Assembly (NCBI GenBank): GCA_020049045.1
Contig: JAIFLN010000017.1
Span: forward strand, 1 to 59,678
Reading direction: 5' to 3'
Source: Spirochaetota bacterium
GTDB lineage: Bacteria; Spirochaetota; Spirochaetia; JABEVK01
Length of the DNA: 59,678 nt
The notes under the pieces were generated by a model. The model did no database searches and was not told the origin of the DNA. It saw only the letters and a program-made list of their open reading frames with translations. A program made the position numbers and the translations under genes. Positions 48,244-56,959 of the stretch are shown one piece after another. Every line of letters begins with the position of its first letter. Position 1 is the stretch's first letter.

Positions 48244-49130
48244 CGGCGTACGGTCCCGACAGGAATAATGATCTTCGGCGGACTCCATTTTCCCGAAAGG
48301 TGGGTGGCTATCGCCTCCAAAGATTTTCGTGCCAATTCCCGGGGGTACTGCACGACATCGGCAAAAACGGTGCCGCGATCAATTTCCGCCTTAACCTCCG
48401 GGGTTCCATCAAAGCCGACAAGGAAGACTTGTTTGGTCTTGCCGACGGCCTGTATCGACCGAAGGGCTCCCATCAAAGAATCGTCGTTGATAGCAAAGAC
48501 ACCCCGGATGTCGGGCATCATAAGCATAAAATCGTCCATAATCGACTGGGCTCTGGCCCGTTGGCCCCAGGAGGGGATGTCGGCAACGATTTGAATCTGG
48601 GGCCAGGCGGAAAGGCCCTGGCGGAAGCCTTCGACGCGTTCCCGGCAAGAAGTGACGGTGGGGTGGTTGATGATGACGACCTTGCCTTGCCCCTTGAGGG
48701 CTTCAGCCAAAAGTGCCGCCGCCACGATTCCTCCCTGAAAATTGTTGCTGGCAATGTGGCTGACAACCTGTCCCTTGGGTCCCTCGTTGGCAATATCGAC
48801 GGTGAAGACCGGTATTCCCGACGCATTCAACCGCACAATCATGGGATCGACCTTGAGGTAATCCACCGGCGACAGCAGGACAGCATCGTACTTGCGTTCG
48901 ATGAACTGATTGATGCTTTTGGACTGCTTTTCGACATCGTATTCGGCATACTGGATATCGACGCTGAACCCATACTCGGCGCAGCGCAAGGTCAACTCAT
49001 CGACAATGTCCCTGGTAAACTGATGCCCCTTTGTCAAAAGGGACACTCCAATCACCTTTTCGTCGGCTGCCGCCCCGAGGGTGGTCAAAGTGAGCAGTGT
49101 GAAAAGAACAATCCTGAGGGCTGCATTCAT
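48240..49130 (-). CDS. Periplasmic sugar-binding protein, probable accessory sensor
   Basis: RbsB-like motifs (IPVFTVD, FAIND, VGFDG); between kinase and regulator, overlapping the regulator start. Confidence 0.85.
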   Translation of the reverse strand: MNAALRIVLFTLLTLTTLGAAADEKVIGVSLLTKGHQFTRDIVDELTLRCAEYGFSVDIQYAEYDVEKQSKSINQFIERKYDAVLLSPVDYLKVDPMIVRLNASGIPVFTVDIANEGPKGQVVSHIASNNFQGGIVAAALLAEALKGQGKVVIINHPTVTSCRERVEGFRQGLSAWPQIQIVADIPSWGQRARAQSIMDDFMLMMPDIRGVFAINDDSLMGALRSIQAVGKTKQVFLVGFDGTPEVKAEIDRGTVFADVVQYPRELARKSLEAIATHLSGKWSPPKIIIPVGTVRR

Positions 49131-49140
49131 GGTCTATCCT

Positions 49141-50943
49141 TTAGCACGCCGGAAAAGCGAGGCGTACCTTTGTCCCTTGTCCGGGTTTGCTTTCATAGGT
49201 CAGCTGAGCTTGGTGTTCTTCGGCAATCTGTTTGGCAATGGCGACCCCGAGGCCGGTACCAGTGGCCCTGGTGGTGAAAAAAGGTTCACCAATCCTGGCC
49301 AGCGTTTCGTCATCCATTCCGATGCCGGTATCTTCCACCGTTACAAGGGTTTGACTGGCTGAACTCTCGGTTCTCACGGTAATCACCCCCCGTTCGGGAA
49401 TGGATTCGATGGCGTTGAACAAAAGGTTGAGAAGAAGCTGCACCACCCGCCACGGGTCGGCCATCACCGGCCCGAGGTTGTCTGCAAAGTCGCGGACAAG
49501 ACAGATGCGGCTGGTGGGGACGCGCAGTTCGGCCAGCATCATGGCCTGGTCGACGCTCTCGTTGAGCAGGTGCGCCTCCAAACCGGGCTTTTCAGCCCGG
49601 GTGTATTGAAGCAGGCGGTTGACAAGGGTATTGAGCCTGTCGACTTCTTCAATGATCAGCTTGGTGAAGCGCTCCCGGGGTTCGCTTTGGTTCCATTTTC
49701 CATCGAGAAACTGGGCCGCATTGCGTATCGATCCGAGCGGATTGCGAACTTCGTGCGCCATCCCTGCTGCGAGCTCTCCCATGGCGGCCATCTTCTCGGC
49801 ATCGCGCATACGGGTTTCCAGCGAACGCAGAAACGTCAGGTCTTCCAAAACCAGAAGCTGTCCGATGACGGTGCGGTTTGCTTCGCGCAAACTGGTGGTA
49901 TGCAGCTTCAAGAGCCGACCGTTGAGCACAACCTCGCGTACCAAACCTTCTTCCAGAACGACGTCCGCAAAGGCCTGGGCGAGGTCGGGCCACGGCTGGA
50001 GCACCTCGGAAAGCAGCCCGCCCAGGGGCAACGAGGCCTCGAAACTGAGCATCTGGCGGGCGCTCCTGTTCATCCCCTGAACCCGTCCTTCCAGGTTCAA
50101 GCTCAGAATTCCCGACGTCAGACTGTCCAGGATGTTTTCCGAAGAACGGCGCAGTTCTTCCACTTCCGCAGTCCGGTCCCGCAGCTGCAGAAAACTGGAG
50201 GAAACCTCGAGACGCATCCGCTCCATCGCCTGTCCCAGCTTGCTGAACGCCGCTTCCACGGGGACTTCGATGGGGGTGTCCCAGGTGCCAGCCCGGATCT
50301 TGTCGGCGGCGATGGTGAGACCTTCCAGAGGCCTGGTGACCGAACGGCTGAAGGCCACGATAAAGGCGACACCGAACAGGAACGCTCCGACGGCGATGAA
50401 CAGCGAAGACTGGCTGGTACCGACGGCTGCCTGGCGGATCAGGTCGGTGCCCAAGCCGATCTCCAGGGCGCCCCGCACTTGGTCCAGAATCACCAGCGGG
50501 ACCACAACGACAAGAATTTCCTCGCCTGCCGCTGAAATTGTCGACGAGAGGAACGGGGTACGGCCCGAATCGACGGCACCGATGGAGGTGTTAAGGGCCA
50601 GGCTCAGTGTCGGGTCGTCCAGAAGCTCCCCGATGTGGTTGGGGTCGGAATGGGCCAGAACGCGGCGCTGGGTATCAACGATAATCACATACGAAATTTC
50701 GGGGATACGGCTGGCTTCACCGACAACCCGTGCCAGACCGGCGCCGTCCAGGATCAAGGCGTTTTCGGCCGAAAGGCCGTAGGCATGGGCCAGCGCCACC
50801 CCTTCGTCCCGGATCTGGCTGGTCAGCAGATCCTTTTCTCGTTGCGCTGACAAGACCGTCACAACAACCATGAGGACGAGGAGAAAGAGTCCCAGAAAAA
50901 GCGTCATGCGGCTTCGAAGGCCGAGTTGAGGAAGCAGGGTCAC
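49141..50943 (-). CDS. NtrB/AtoS-type sensor kinase (HAMP, PAS)
   Basis: Two TMs; AHEVRNPL, NAIE, DTGIG, PFFTT, GTGLG. Confidence 0.95.
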   Translation of the reverse strand: MTLLPQLGLRSRMTLFLGLFLLVLMVVVTVLSAQREKDLLTSQIRDEGVALAHAYGLSAENALILDGAGLARVVGEASRIPEISYVIIVDTQRRVLAHSDPNHIGELLDDPTLSLALNTSIGAVDSGRTPFLSSTISAAGEEILVVVVPLVILDQVRGALEIGLGTDLIRQAAVGTSQSSLFIAVGAFLFGVAFIVAFSRSVTRPLEGLTIAADKIRAGTWDTPIEVPVEAAFSKLGQAMERMRLEVSSSFLQLRDRTAEVEELRRSSENILDSLTSGILSLNLEGRVQGMNRSARQMLSFEASLPLGGLLSEVLQPWPDLAQAFADVVLEEGLVREVVLNGRLLKLHTTSLREANRTVIGQLLVLEDLTFLRSLETRMRDAEKMAAMGELAAGMAHEVRNPLGSIRNAAQFLDGKWNQSEPRERFTKLIIEEVDRLNTLVNRLLQYTRAEKPGLEAHLLNESVDQAMMLAELRVPTSRICLVRDFADNLGPVMADPWRVVQLLLNLLFNAIESIPERGVITVRTESSASQTLVTVEDTGIGMDDETLARIGEPFFTTRATGTGLGVAIAKQIAEEHQAQLTYESKPGQGTKVRLAFPAC

Positions 50944-50949
50944 GCCGGA

Positions 50950-50991
50950 ATGCTACACCCGATTTTCAGATTTGTGCACAAAATCTGTGCT
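50950..50991 (-). promoter_or_regulatory. Kinase promoter with a third enhancer-like palindrome (possible autoregulation)
   Basis: TAGCAT-6-GTG; TGCACAAAATCTGTGCT at 50975-50991. Confidence 0.65.
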
Positions 50992-51011
50992 CATGATGGA
51001 AAACAGGGCAC

Positions 51012-52073
51012 CTAGGCGGAGAAGTGCTCTCCTCGCCATTCCCTGACGGCCTCGGTCATGGCGATAAACAGCTCTGGTTTTGTGTAGGACGAGACTTGAT
51101 TTCCAGTGCCAATCGCAATTCCCCCGTTGCCGCGAGCAACCCTCTGCAGCAGATCGTGAACGTAGTGCTTGACCTCTGCGACAGTGCCGTTGGTCAGCAG
51201 GTTCATTTCCACTCCGCCAAAGTTGCCGATTTTATCGCCGTAACGGGTAACCCAGATATCGAAGGGGTCGATGGCATCTTCATTGGAGTGCTTGGCGTTG
51301 ATCCCTAGGGCAATCAGGTCGTCCATAACGTCGTAAATCCTGCCGCAAGAATGCAAAAGAAACGGTTTGTCCAAGGCGTGCACCTGGTCGATCACCCTTC
51401 GGTAATGCGGCAGGATGTGGGTGCGGATGTCTTGGGGGTTCAGCAGGGTAGAGGAGCGAAAGCCCAGGTCGTCGCCAAAACGGCATACGGCAAAGCAGTC
51501 GGAATAGTTTTCGAGAACCCATTGCCACAGCGAAGCATACAGGTCGCCGACCTTGATCCAAAGTTGTTCCCAGACTTGGGGCTCGTCCACCTGCAGCAGA
51601 GCAAGTTCCTGGTAAGGTACGAAATCCTGCAAGGTCTCGAACACACCGTAGCCAATGCCTCCAACGGCTTTCATTCCGGGTGGCAGCCCCCTGCGGAGGG
51701 CTTCGAAGTCCTCGCGGTAAAGGGCGATGTACTCGTCCCTTTTTTTGTCCCACGGGTAGTTTTGAAGCTCCTGCGGCGAGGTGATCAGTGATGTTCCGTG
51801 CCCCAGAACTCCCTGGCCGCCCTGGATGATGCCGACGGTACCCCGCTCAAAAGGAATGCAGTCATACCCATGGCGTATGGCAAACCGGCCAATTCTTCGA
51901 ATCGCTTCGGTTTTGTCTGCCAGGTTGCCCTGTTGAAGCGGTTGAACTTCCTCGCCAAGAATGGTCTCAACGACAGTCACGTCAAAGCCATGCTCGTACA
52001 GGGGGAGTCGTATGGCCTCCTGGTTCCAGGCCGCCTGGAGGATGTGCTCGTAGTCGGGTTCAAAAGTTGGCAT
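51012..52073 (-). CDS. Second UroD-family protein
   Basis: GDDLGFRSSTL, LHSCG, HSNED, FGG, GTGN; RBS AAGGAG. Confidence 0.86.
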   Translation of the reverse strand: MPTFEPDYEHILQAAWNQEAIRLPLYEHGFDVTVVETILGEEVQPLQQGNLADKTEAIRRIGRFAIRHGYDCIPFERGTVGIIQGGQGVLGHGTSLITSPQELQNYPWDKKRDEYIALYREDFEALRRGLPPGMKAVGGIGYGVFETLQDFVPYQELALLQVDEPQVWEQLWIKVGDLYASLWQWVLENYSDCFAVCRFGDDLGFRSSTLLNPQDIRTHILPHYRRVIDQVHALDKPFLLHSCGRIYDVMDDLIALGINAKHSNEDAIDPFDIWVTRYGDKIGNFGGVEMNLLTNGTVAEVKHYVHDLLQRVARGNGGIAIGTGNQVSSYTKPELFIAMTEAVREWRGEHFSA

Positions 52074-52179
52074 CAGTGCACTCCTTTTACCAACAGAATA
52101 TTGAACTTTCTATGAGTTGGTCGTTGTAAAAAGGCCGAATACTGTTGGCGGATTGACCTTTTTACTCTAATCTTTGGCT

Positions 52180-53046
52180 ATGCAGAACAGCCTTCCCCTG
52201 AAAGAGGATGAATCACGTTACACGGAGCAATGGCCCGTCGACTGCTTCGGGAAGAGCCTTGCCCGGCCTCATCGGGTATCCCTCCATTATCACCGGACCC
52301 TCGAGATCAACGTGTTTCAAAACTGTCGGGGAACTGTCCGGGTCGGAGCTCGGGAAGTAGACCTCGCGGGCCTGCGGGTTTTGGTCATACCGCCGCTTTT
52401 GCCTCACTCCTACGATATTCCCGGCATGGCGCAAACAATGCCGCGTGAGGTTCTCGTTCTGCACCTCTCTCTCGAAAACCTCGACCGGATGGTTCAGCTC
52501 GAAAAGGTTCTTGGTTGGAAGCCCTCAATCCTCACCCTGCCCGTCGTCCATCCTGCCTATGACCGCTTGGCGGAAGTCGTTCCGGGCTTTCTCAGCCTCA
52601 AGAAAAGCGACCGGCTTTCCCTGTTAGGGCAGGTTTTGGCTGTGTTTCAAGTGCTGGACGGCGCCAGAGGGACCCCCTCCGCTGCGACTCAACCGCCTCG
52701 GAGGGACTCTGCCCGCAGGAACAGTTCCCTGCTGGAGATCATTGCCTTCTCCGAAAAGTTTTATGCAAAAGACCTCGACCTTGCGGCGGTGGCCGACCAT
52801 CTGGGCTGGTCGCGGTCCTACTTCTGCCGGTTCTTCAAGCGGTGCACGGGCGAAAATTACCGGAACTACCTCCAACGGTTGAGGATCGACCGGGCTAAGA
52901 TCGAACTTGCCAAGGGTTCGTCGGTGACCGAAACCTGTTTTCGTTGCGGTTTTAGCAATCTTTCGCATTTTATCCAGGTCTTCCGTGCGTACGAAGGCAT
53001 GACCCCGGGGCAATTTCTAAGCCCGTCTTGCCTGTCGAACTGCTAG
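52180..53046 (+). CDS. AraC-family regulator (cupin + HTH)
   Basis: LHYHRTLEI, YFCRFFK, CGFSNLSHFIQVFR; divergent from the UroD-like gene. Confidence 0.92.
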   Translation: MQNSLPLKEDESRYTEQWPVDCFGKSLARPHRVSLHYHRTLEINVFQNCRGTVRVGAREVDLAGLRVLVIPPLLPHSYDIPGMAQTMPREVLVLHLSLENLDRMVQLEKVLGWKPSILTLPVVHPAYDRLAEVVPGFLSLKKSDRLSLLGQVLAVFQVLDGARGTPSAATQPPRRDSARRNSSLLEIIAFSEKFYAKDLDLAAVADHLGWSRSYFCRFFKRCTGENYRNYLQRLRIDRAKIELAKGSSVTETCFRCGFSNLSHFIQVFRAYEGMTPGQFLSPSCLSNC

Positions 53047-53067
53047 AAAATAGCGTATTCTTACTCA

Positions 53068-54570
53068 ATGACTTTCCACGGGGCTTTCTCGCCGGTTTAT
53101 TCGCGGGTTCTCGTTCCCACCGCCGTTGTGGGAGGATTTCTGGTTTTTCTGGTACCAGCCAACAGCGGTACCGTCGTGGTTGCGGGCGTGCTGGCCCTCG
53201 TTTCGGTCTTGGCCGGCGCGCACCTGCTGTCAAAAGAATCGGGTTTGCCGCCGTGGGCGTTTCTCGGCAGGGCGGCAAACCTGGTCACGCTGTCGCGCCT
53301 GGTGCTGCTGACGGCCAGCTTTGCGCTGGGTTTGGCGGGTCCGCAGCCATTGGGACTGTGGATGGCGGGCCTTCTGGGCGTCGTTGCCTGGCTGACCGAT
53401 CTGGTCGATGGAAAACTGGCCCGCCGCAGTGATGCCGCTGGATCGCCACCCCGGCTGCTGGGTGGATGGCTTGATGCGGAGACCGACAGCGCGGGCTTTT
53501 TGCTGGCTTCGTGGACCCTGGCGTCCTTTCCGGGGGTGCCCGGCTGGGTAATCCTCATCGGTCTGTACCGCTACGGTTTTGGGGTGCTCTTTCGCCTGAT
53601 CCCTTGGAATTTCCGCTTTCCACCCTGGTTTCAACAGGGTTCGAGAATTGTGGCTGCGGCTTCGCAGGTGGTGCTGGGGTTCTCGTGGCTGGTTGTGCTG
53701 GGGCTAGTCCCTTTGCCAGTGACAGCCCTCGTGCCTGCGCTCGGCACTACGGTGCTCTTGTTAGCCGCTTCGTTCCTCATCGAAACCGTGCTGAGGTTCC
53801 TTGACTTTCGTCGGGCCACAGGGCCTCAGGCCTGGCCTGGCCTGCTGCGGTCGTTGGTGCTGTACCACCATCAGCCCTTTCGGCAGACACGGTTGCGCCG
53901 CTTTTACCGGAGCCTGCTCAGCCCCGGGGATCTGGCCTTTGATGTAGGAGCCCACGTCGGCAACCGCGTGAGGGCATGGTGCGCTCTCGGCTGCCGGGTG
54001 GTTGCGTTTGAACCTCAAAGTTCTTGCCGGGTACTTTTGGACAGGTGGTTCGGCGAGGATCCGCAAGTGACCGTCGTCGGAGAGGGGCTGGGAAGCTCAG
54101 AGGGCCGTCTGCTGTTGCGCCGGCCGGCTGGCAACCCGACGCTGGCTTCGTTTTCAGGAACCTGGATTGCCGATCTTGCCGCCGTACCGGGTTTCCAGTC
54201 TACCCGCTGGAGCCAGCAGGAATGGGCCCCGGTGACCACCCTCGACGCTGCCTTTGTCCGTTTTGGAATTCCGGCCTTTATCAAAATTGATGTGGAAGGC
54301 TTTGAGGCAGAGGTTCTGGCGGGTCTCTCGGTACCGGTGCGAGCCCTCAGTGTTGAATTTGTGCCCGGTGCACTTGGCCCGGCACTGGCCTGCCTCGATA
54401 AGCTCGAAGCTCTGGGGCCTTATCAATTCAATGTGTCGTTGGGAGAGTCAATGCATTTGCTTTGGCCTTTGTGGCTCGACGGCCCCGCGTTGCGCGCCTA
54501 CCTGGAATCGCTGGCCGGTGGCGACCGTGGGGGAGATCTTTATGCCCGGCTTCGGACGTCGCAGAAATGA
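53068..54570 (+). CDS. CDP-alcohol phosphotransferase fused to an FkbM methyltransferase
   Basis: ANLVTLSRL and DLVDGKLARR...GGWLDAETD; then FDVGAHVG, VAFEPQ, FIKIDVEGFE in one ORF. Confidence 0.88.
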   Translation: MTFHGAFSPVYSRVLVPTAVVGGFLVFLVPANSGTVVVAGVLALVSVLAGAHLLSKESGLPPWAFLGRAANLVTLSRLVLLTASFALGLAGPQPLGLWMAGLLGVVAWLTDLVDGKLARRSDAAGSPPRLLGGWLDAETDSAGFLLASWTLASFPGVPGWVILIGLYRYGFGVLFRLIPWNFRFPPWFQQGSRIVAAASQVVLGFSWLVVLGLVPLPVTALVPALGTTVLLLAASFLIETVLRFLDFRRATGPQAWPGLLRSLVLYHHQPFRQTRLRRFYRSLLSPGDLAFDVGAHVGNRVRAWCALGCRVVAFEPQSSCRVLLDRWFGEDPQVTVVGEGLGSSEGRLLLRRPAGNPTLASFSGTWIADLAAVPGFQSTRWSQQEWAPVTTLDAAFVRFGIPAFIKIDVEGFEAEVLAGLSVPVRALSVEFVPGALGPALACLDKLEALGPYQFNVSLGESMHLLWPLWLDGPALRAYLESLAGGDRGGDLYARLRTSQK

Positions 54571-56111
54571 ACCGATGGGCCCTCGCTGTTGCTGCGTGGC
54601 TGGCTGTCGTGCTGGCAACCGGGGCCTTCCGGCTGGTTTCGTGGGTGCCCGGCTCGATGTCTGCGGCCTTTGTTCTCTTGCCTGTTCCCGAGGTTTTGCT
54701 GTTGCTGGCATTTCGTTTGGCTGCCTTGAGGCCGCATCGTCTGCCGGTGCGGGTGCTGGTGTGGCTTACTGCCGGGGTGCTTGTTGTGGGGAACCTCGGC
54801 GAGCTGTTTTACCGGTTTTTCTACCGTGATCATTTTGACCCTGCGACCGACTTGTTTTTACTGCCTGGTCTTCTGGACATGCTGCTGCAGACGGGGTTCT
54901 TCCGTTCGGGGCCAGGCCTCGCGGTAGTCGCCCTATTGGTAGCCGGTATCGTTTTGGCTGCGGGCTGGCTGGTCGAGAAGGGATTGGATGCCATTGGCGG
55001 GATATTCCCCACAACGCCTCGGCGGCGAACGGTGGTGGTGGTCATCCTGCTGGTGGCGGCAGTGTGCCAGTATGCCTGGGCGCTGACCTCCACGGTGCCT
55101 CCCGCAAACCCGCCGCCTGCCGCCGAAGCTGCCCCCAATGTGCCTGCAGAGCTGGTCCCTGTGGCCGGTAGTGTCTACCTGCTGGTGGTCGAGTCGTACG
55201 GGCACACGTTGTTCACACGCTCCGACTACAGGCAAGCCATGGTCCCTGTTTACGAACGCTTTCAGAAAACGGTAGAGGCTGGCGGGTGGTCGGCCCGCAG
55301 CGGTTTTTTACGTTCGCCGACCTTTGGCGGGCGTTCCTGGTTGGCCGATGCTACTTTGCTGACAGGTCAGCGCATCCGCAATCAGGAGCAGTACGATCAG
55401 GTAGTGAAGGCTGCGCAGCCCAACCTCACCCAGGAGTTTGGCCGACGGGGTGCCTTTAGACTCCTGGCCGCGCCGGGTACCCTGCAGGCCGACCAAGCGT
55501 GGAAGCGGACCTTCGCGTTTGACCGGTACCTGTTCGACGGCGGGCTGGGGTACCGAGGGCCGGCTATCGGCGGCCTGGGCCGGGTTTCCGATCAGTTTTT
55601 GCTGTACAGGGTAGGGGAAGAGGCCCGAGCAGCCGGCAAACCCGTGTTTGCCCAGGTGCTCCTGGTGAGCAGCCATACACCCTTCGAACGGCTTCCGGTG
55701 TATTTGGAACGCTGGGAAGACCTGGGAGATGGTTCGGTGTACCGACAGGATGGCGGAATTCTGACCCTGGGCGGCGGCGGAGAAGGCTATCTGGCGTCGA
55801 TCGAATACGTGTTCCGGTGTCTCGAGGGCTTTTTGGAGCGCTACCCTGGTCCTGACGATCTGGTCGTCATTGTGGGTGATCATCAGCCGCTGATTCCGGT
55901 GAGTGAACAGGACTCGACGTTTTCCGTGCCGGTGCACGTGTTAGCCCGCAACCCGGCGCGGCTGGAAGCCATGGCTGCCTGGGGGCTGGATGCCGGTTTG
56001 ATTCCCCGCGACCGCCCCCTCCCTCACCCCGGCCTGGAAGTCTTGCCGGCAATTGTCCTTTCGGCCTTACCCCCGAGTGAAGGTCAGCAGGCGGTAGGTC
56101 AGAGCCCCTGA
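54567..56111 (+). CDS. Membrane-anchored alkaline phosphatase/sulfatase-superfamily (LtaS-like) protein
   Basis: About five TMs, then VVESYG, SPTFGGRSWLA, SSHTPF, GDHQP; ATGA overlap. Confidence 0.8.
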   Translation: MNRWALAVAAWLAVVLATGAFRLVSWVPGSMSAAFVLLPVPEVLLLLAFRLAALRPHRLPVRVLVWLTAGVLVVGNLGELFYRFFYRDHFDPATDLFLLPGLLDMLLQTGFFRSGPGLAVVALLVAGIVLAAGWLVEKGLDAIGGIFPTTPRRRTVVVVILLVAAVCQYAWALTSTVPPANPPPAAEAAPNVPAELVPVAGSVYLLVVESYGHTLFTRSDYRQAMVPVYERFQKTVEAGGWSARSGFLRSPTFGGRSWLADATLLTGQRIRNQEQYDQVVKAAQPNLTQEFGRRGAFRLLAAPGTLQADQAWKRTFAFDRYLFDGGLGYRGPAIGGLGRVSDQFLLYRVGEEARAAGKPVFAQVLLVSSHTPFERLPVYLERWEDLGDGSVYRQDGGILTLGGGGEGYLASIEYVFRCLEGFLERYPGPDDLVVIVGDHQPLIPVSEQDSTFSVPVHVLARNPARLEAMAAWGLDAGLIPRDRPLPHPGLEVLPAIVLSALPPSEGQQAVGQSP

Positions 56112-56885
56112 GCGAAGCAGAGCGTTGAGCGCATTTCCACCGACGAGGTTCTGGGCTCCCGGGCTGCGCCGGGAGAACCATCGGGCCACCGGAGAAGCCA
56201 AGCGCACCAGCAAGTCCTGCGGCCGTTTGAGCCTCAACCAGGGGGTCAGGTTGGTGTTGTCGGTCAGGACCAGCCCCCGCTGAGCCGCCTCTTCGACCAA
56301 AATCTGCCACCGTCGAAGCCCCCCGGCATGCCAGCACCGGCGGAAATCCTCAAGGTGGCGTGAAGTCAGCTCTGCCTCGAGAAAGTCGTCGCACACCACC
56401 AGCCTGCCTCCCGGGACCAGTCTCGCCGCGACATGGTCCAGAACGGCCCCGAGCCCGGGCACGTGCAGCAGGGACTCGACGGCCACCACAACGTCGCAGG
56501 GTTGCTTCTCTTCCCAGGGAACCGTGAAATCTGCCTGTACCAAGTGGACTCGGTCGGCCAACCCTTTGGCTGAAAGCAAGCTGTTGCCGATAGCGACCTG
56601 GTCGCCGCTGATGGTCATTCCTGTTCCCCTCAACCCGGGCAAGCGCTCGGCGAGATGGACGAGGGTGCCCCCAACACCGCAGCCCAAGTCCACCAGCCGA
56701 GGGGAGGGTGGGCACAGAGCCCCGATGCGCTGGTTGATCCATCGGGCCGCCTCGTCCTCACTGGTTACGCCGGGTGCCCACACTCCCCGGTGAATGGCCA
56801 AGGCCGAGCCGCTTCTACCGAACTTCAAAAAAGACCGGGTGTTGCGGTCGTAGTAGGCGGCAACGGTAACGGGTGTGGTATTCAT
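56067..56885 (-). CDS. Class I SAM methyltransferase (tocopherol/sterol MT-like)
   Basis: VAAYYD, IHRGVW, VDLGCGVGG, TIS..Q, PGGRLVVCD. Confidence 0.9.
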   Translation of the reverse strand: MNTTPVTVAAYYDRNTRSFLKFGRSGSALAIHRGVWAPGVTSEDEAARWINQRIGALCPPSPRLVDLGCGVGGTLVHLAERLPGLRGTGMTISGDQVAIGNSLLSAKGLADRVHLVQADFTVPWEEKQPCDVVVAVESLLHVPGLGAVLDHVAARLVPGGRLVVCDDFLEAELTSRHLEDFRRCWHAGGLRRWQILVEEAAQRGLVLTDNTNLTPWLRLKRPQDLLVRLASPVARWFSRRSPGAQNLVGGNALNALLRSGALTYRLLTFTRG

Positions 56886-56959
56886 GGTTTCACCATCATA
56901 CGGCCAATTGGCTCCCTCTGGTAGTCTCCCGCTTCATTCGTTACTGTGGTGGGACGACC

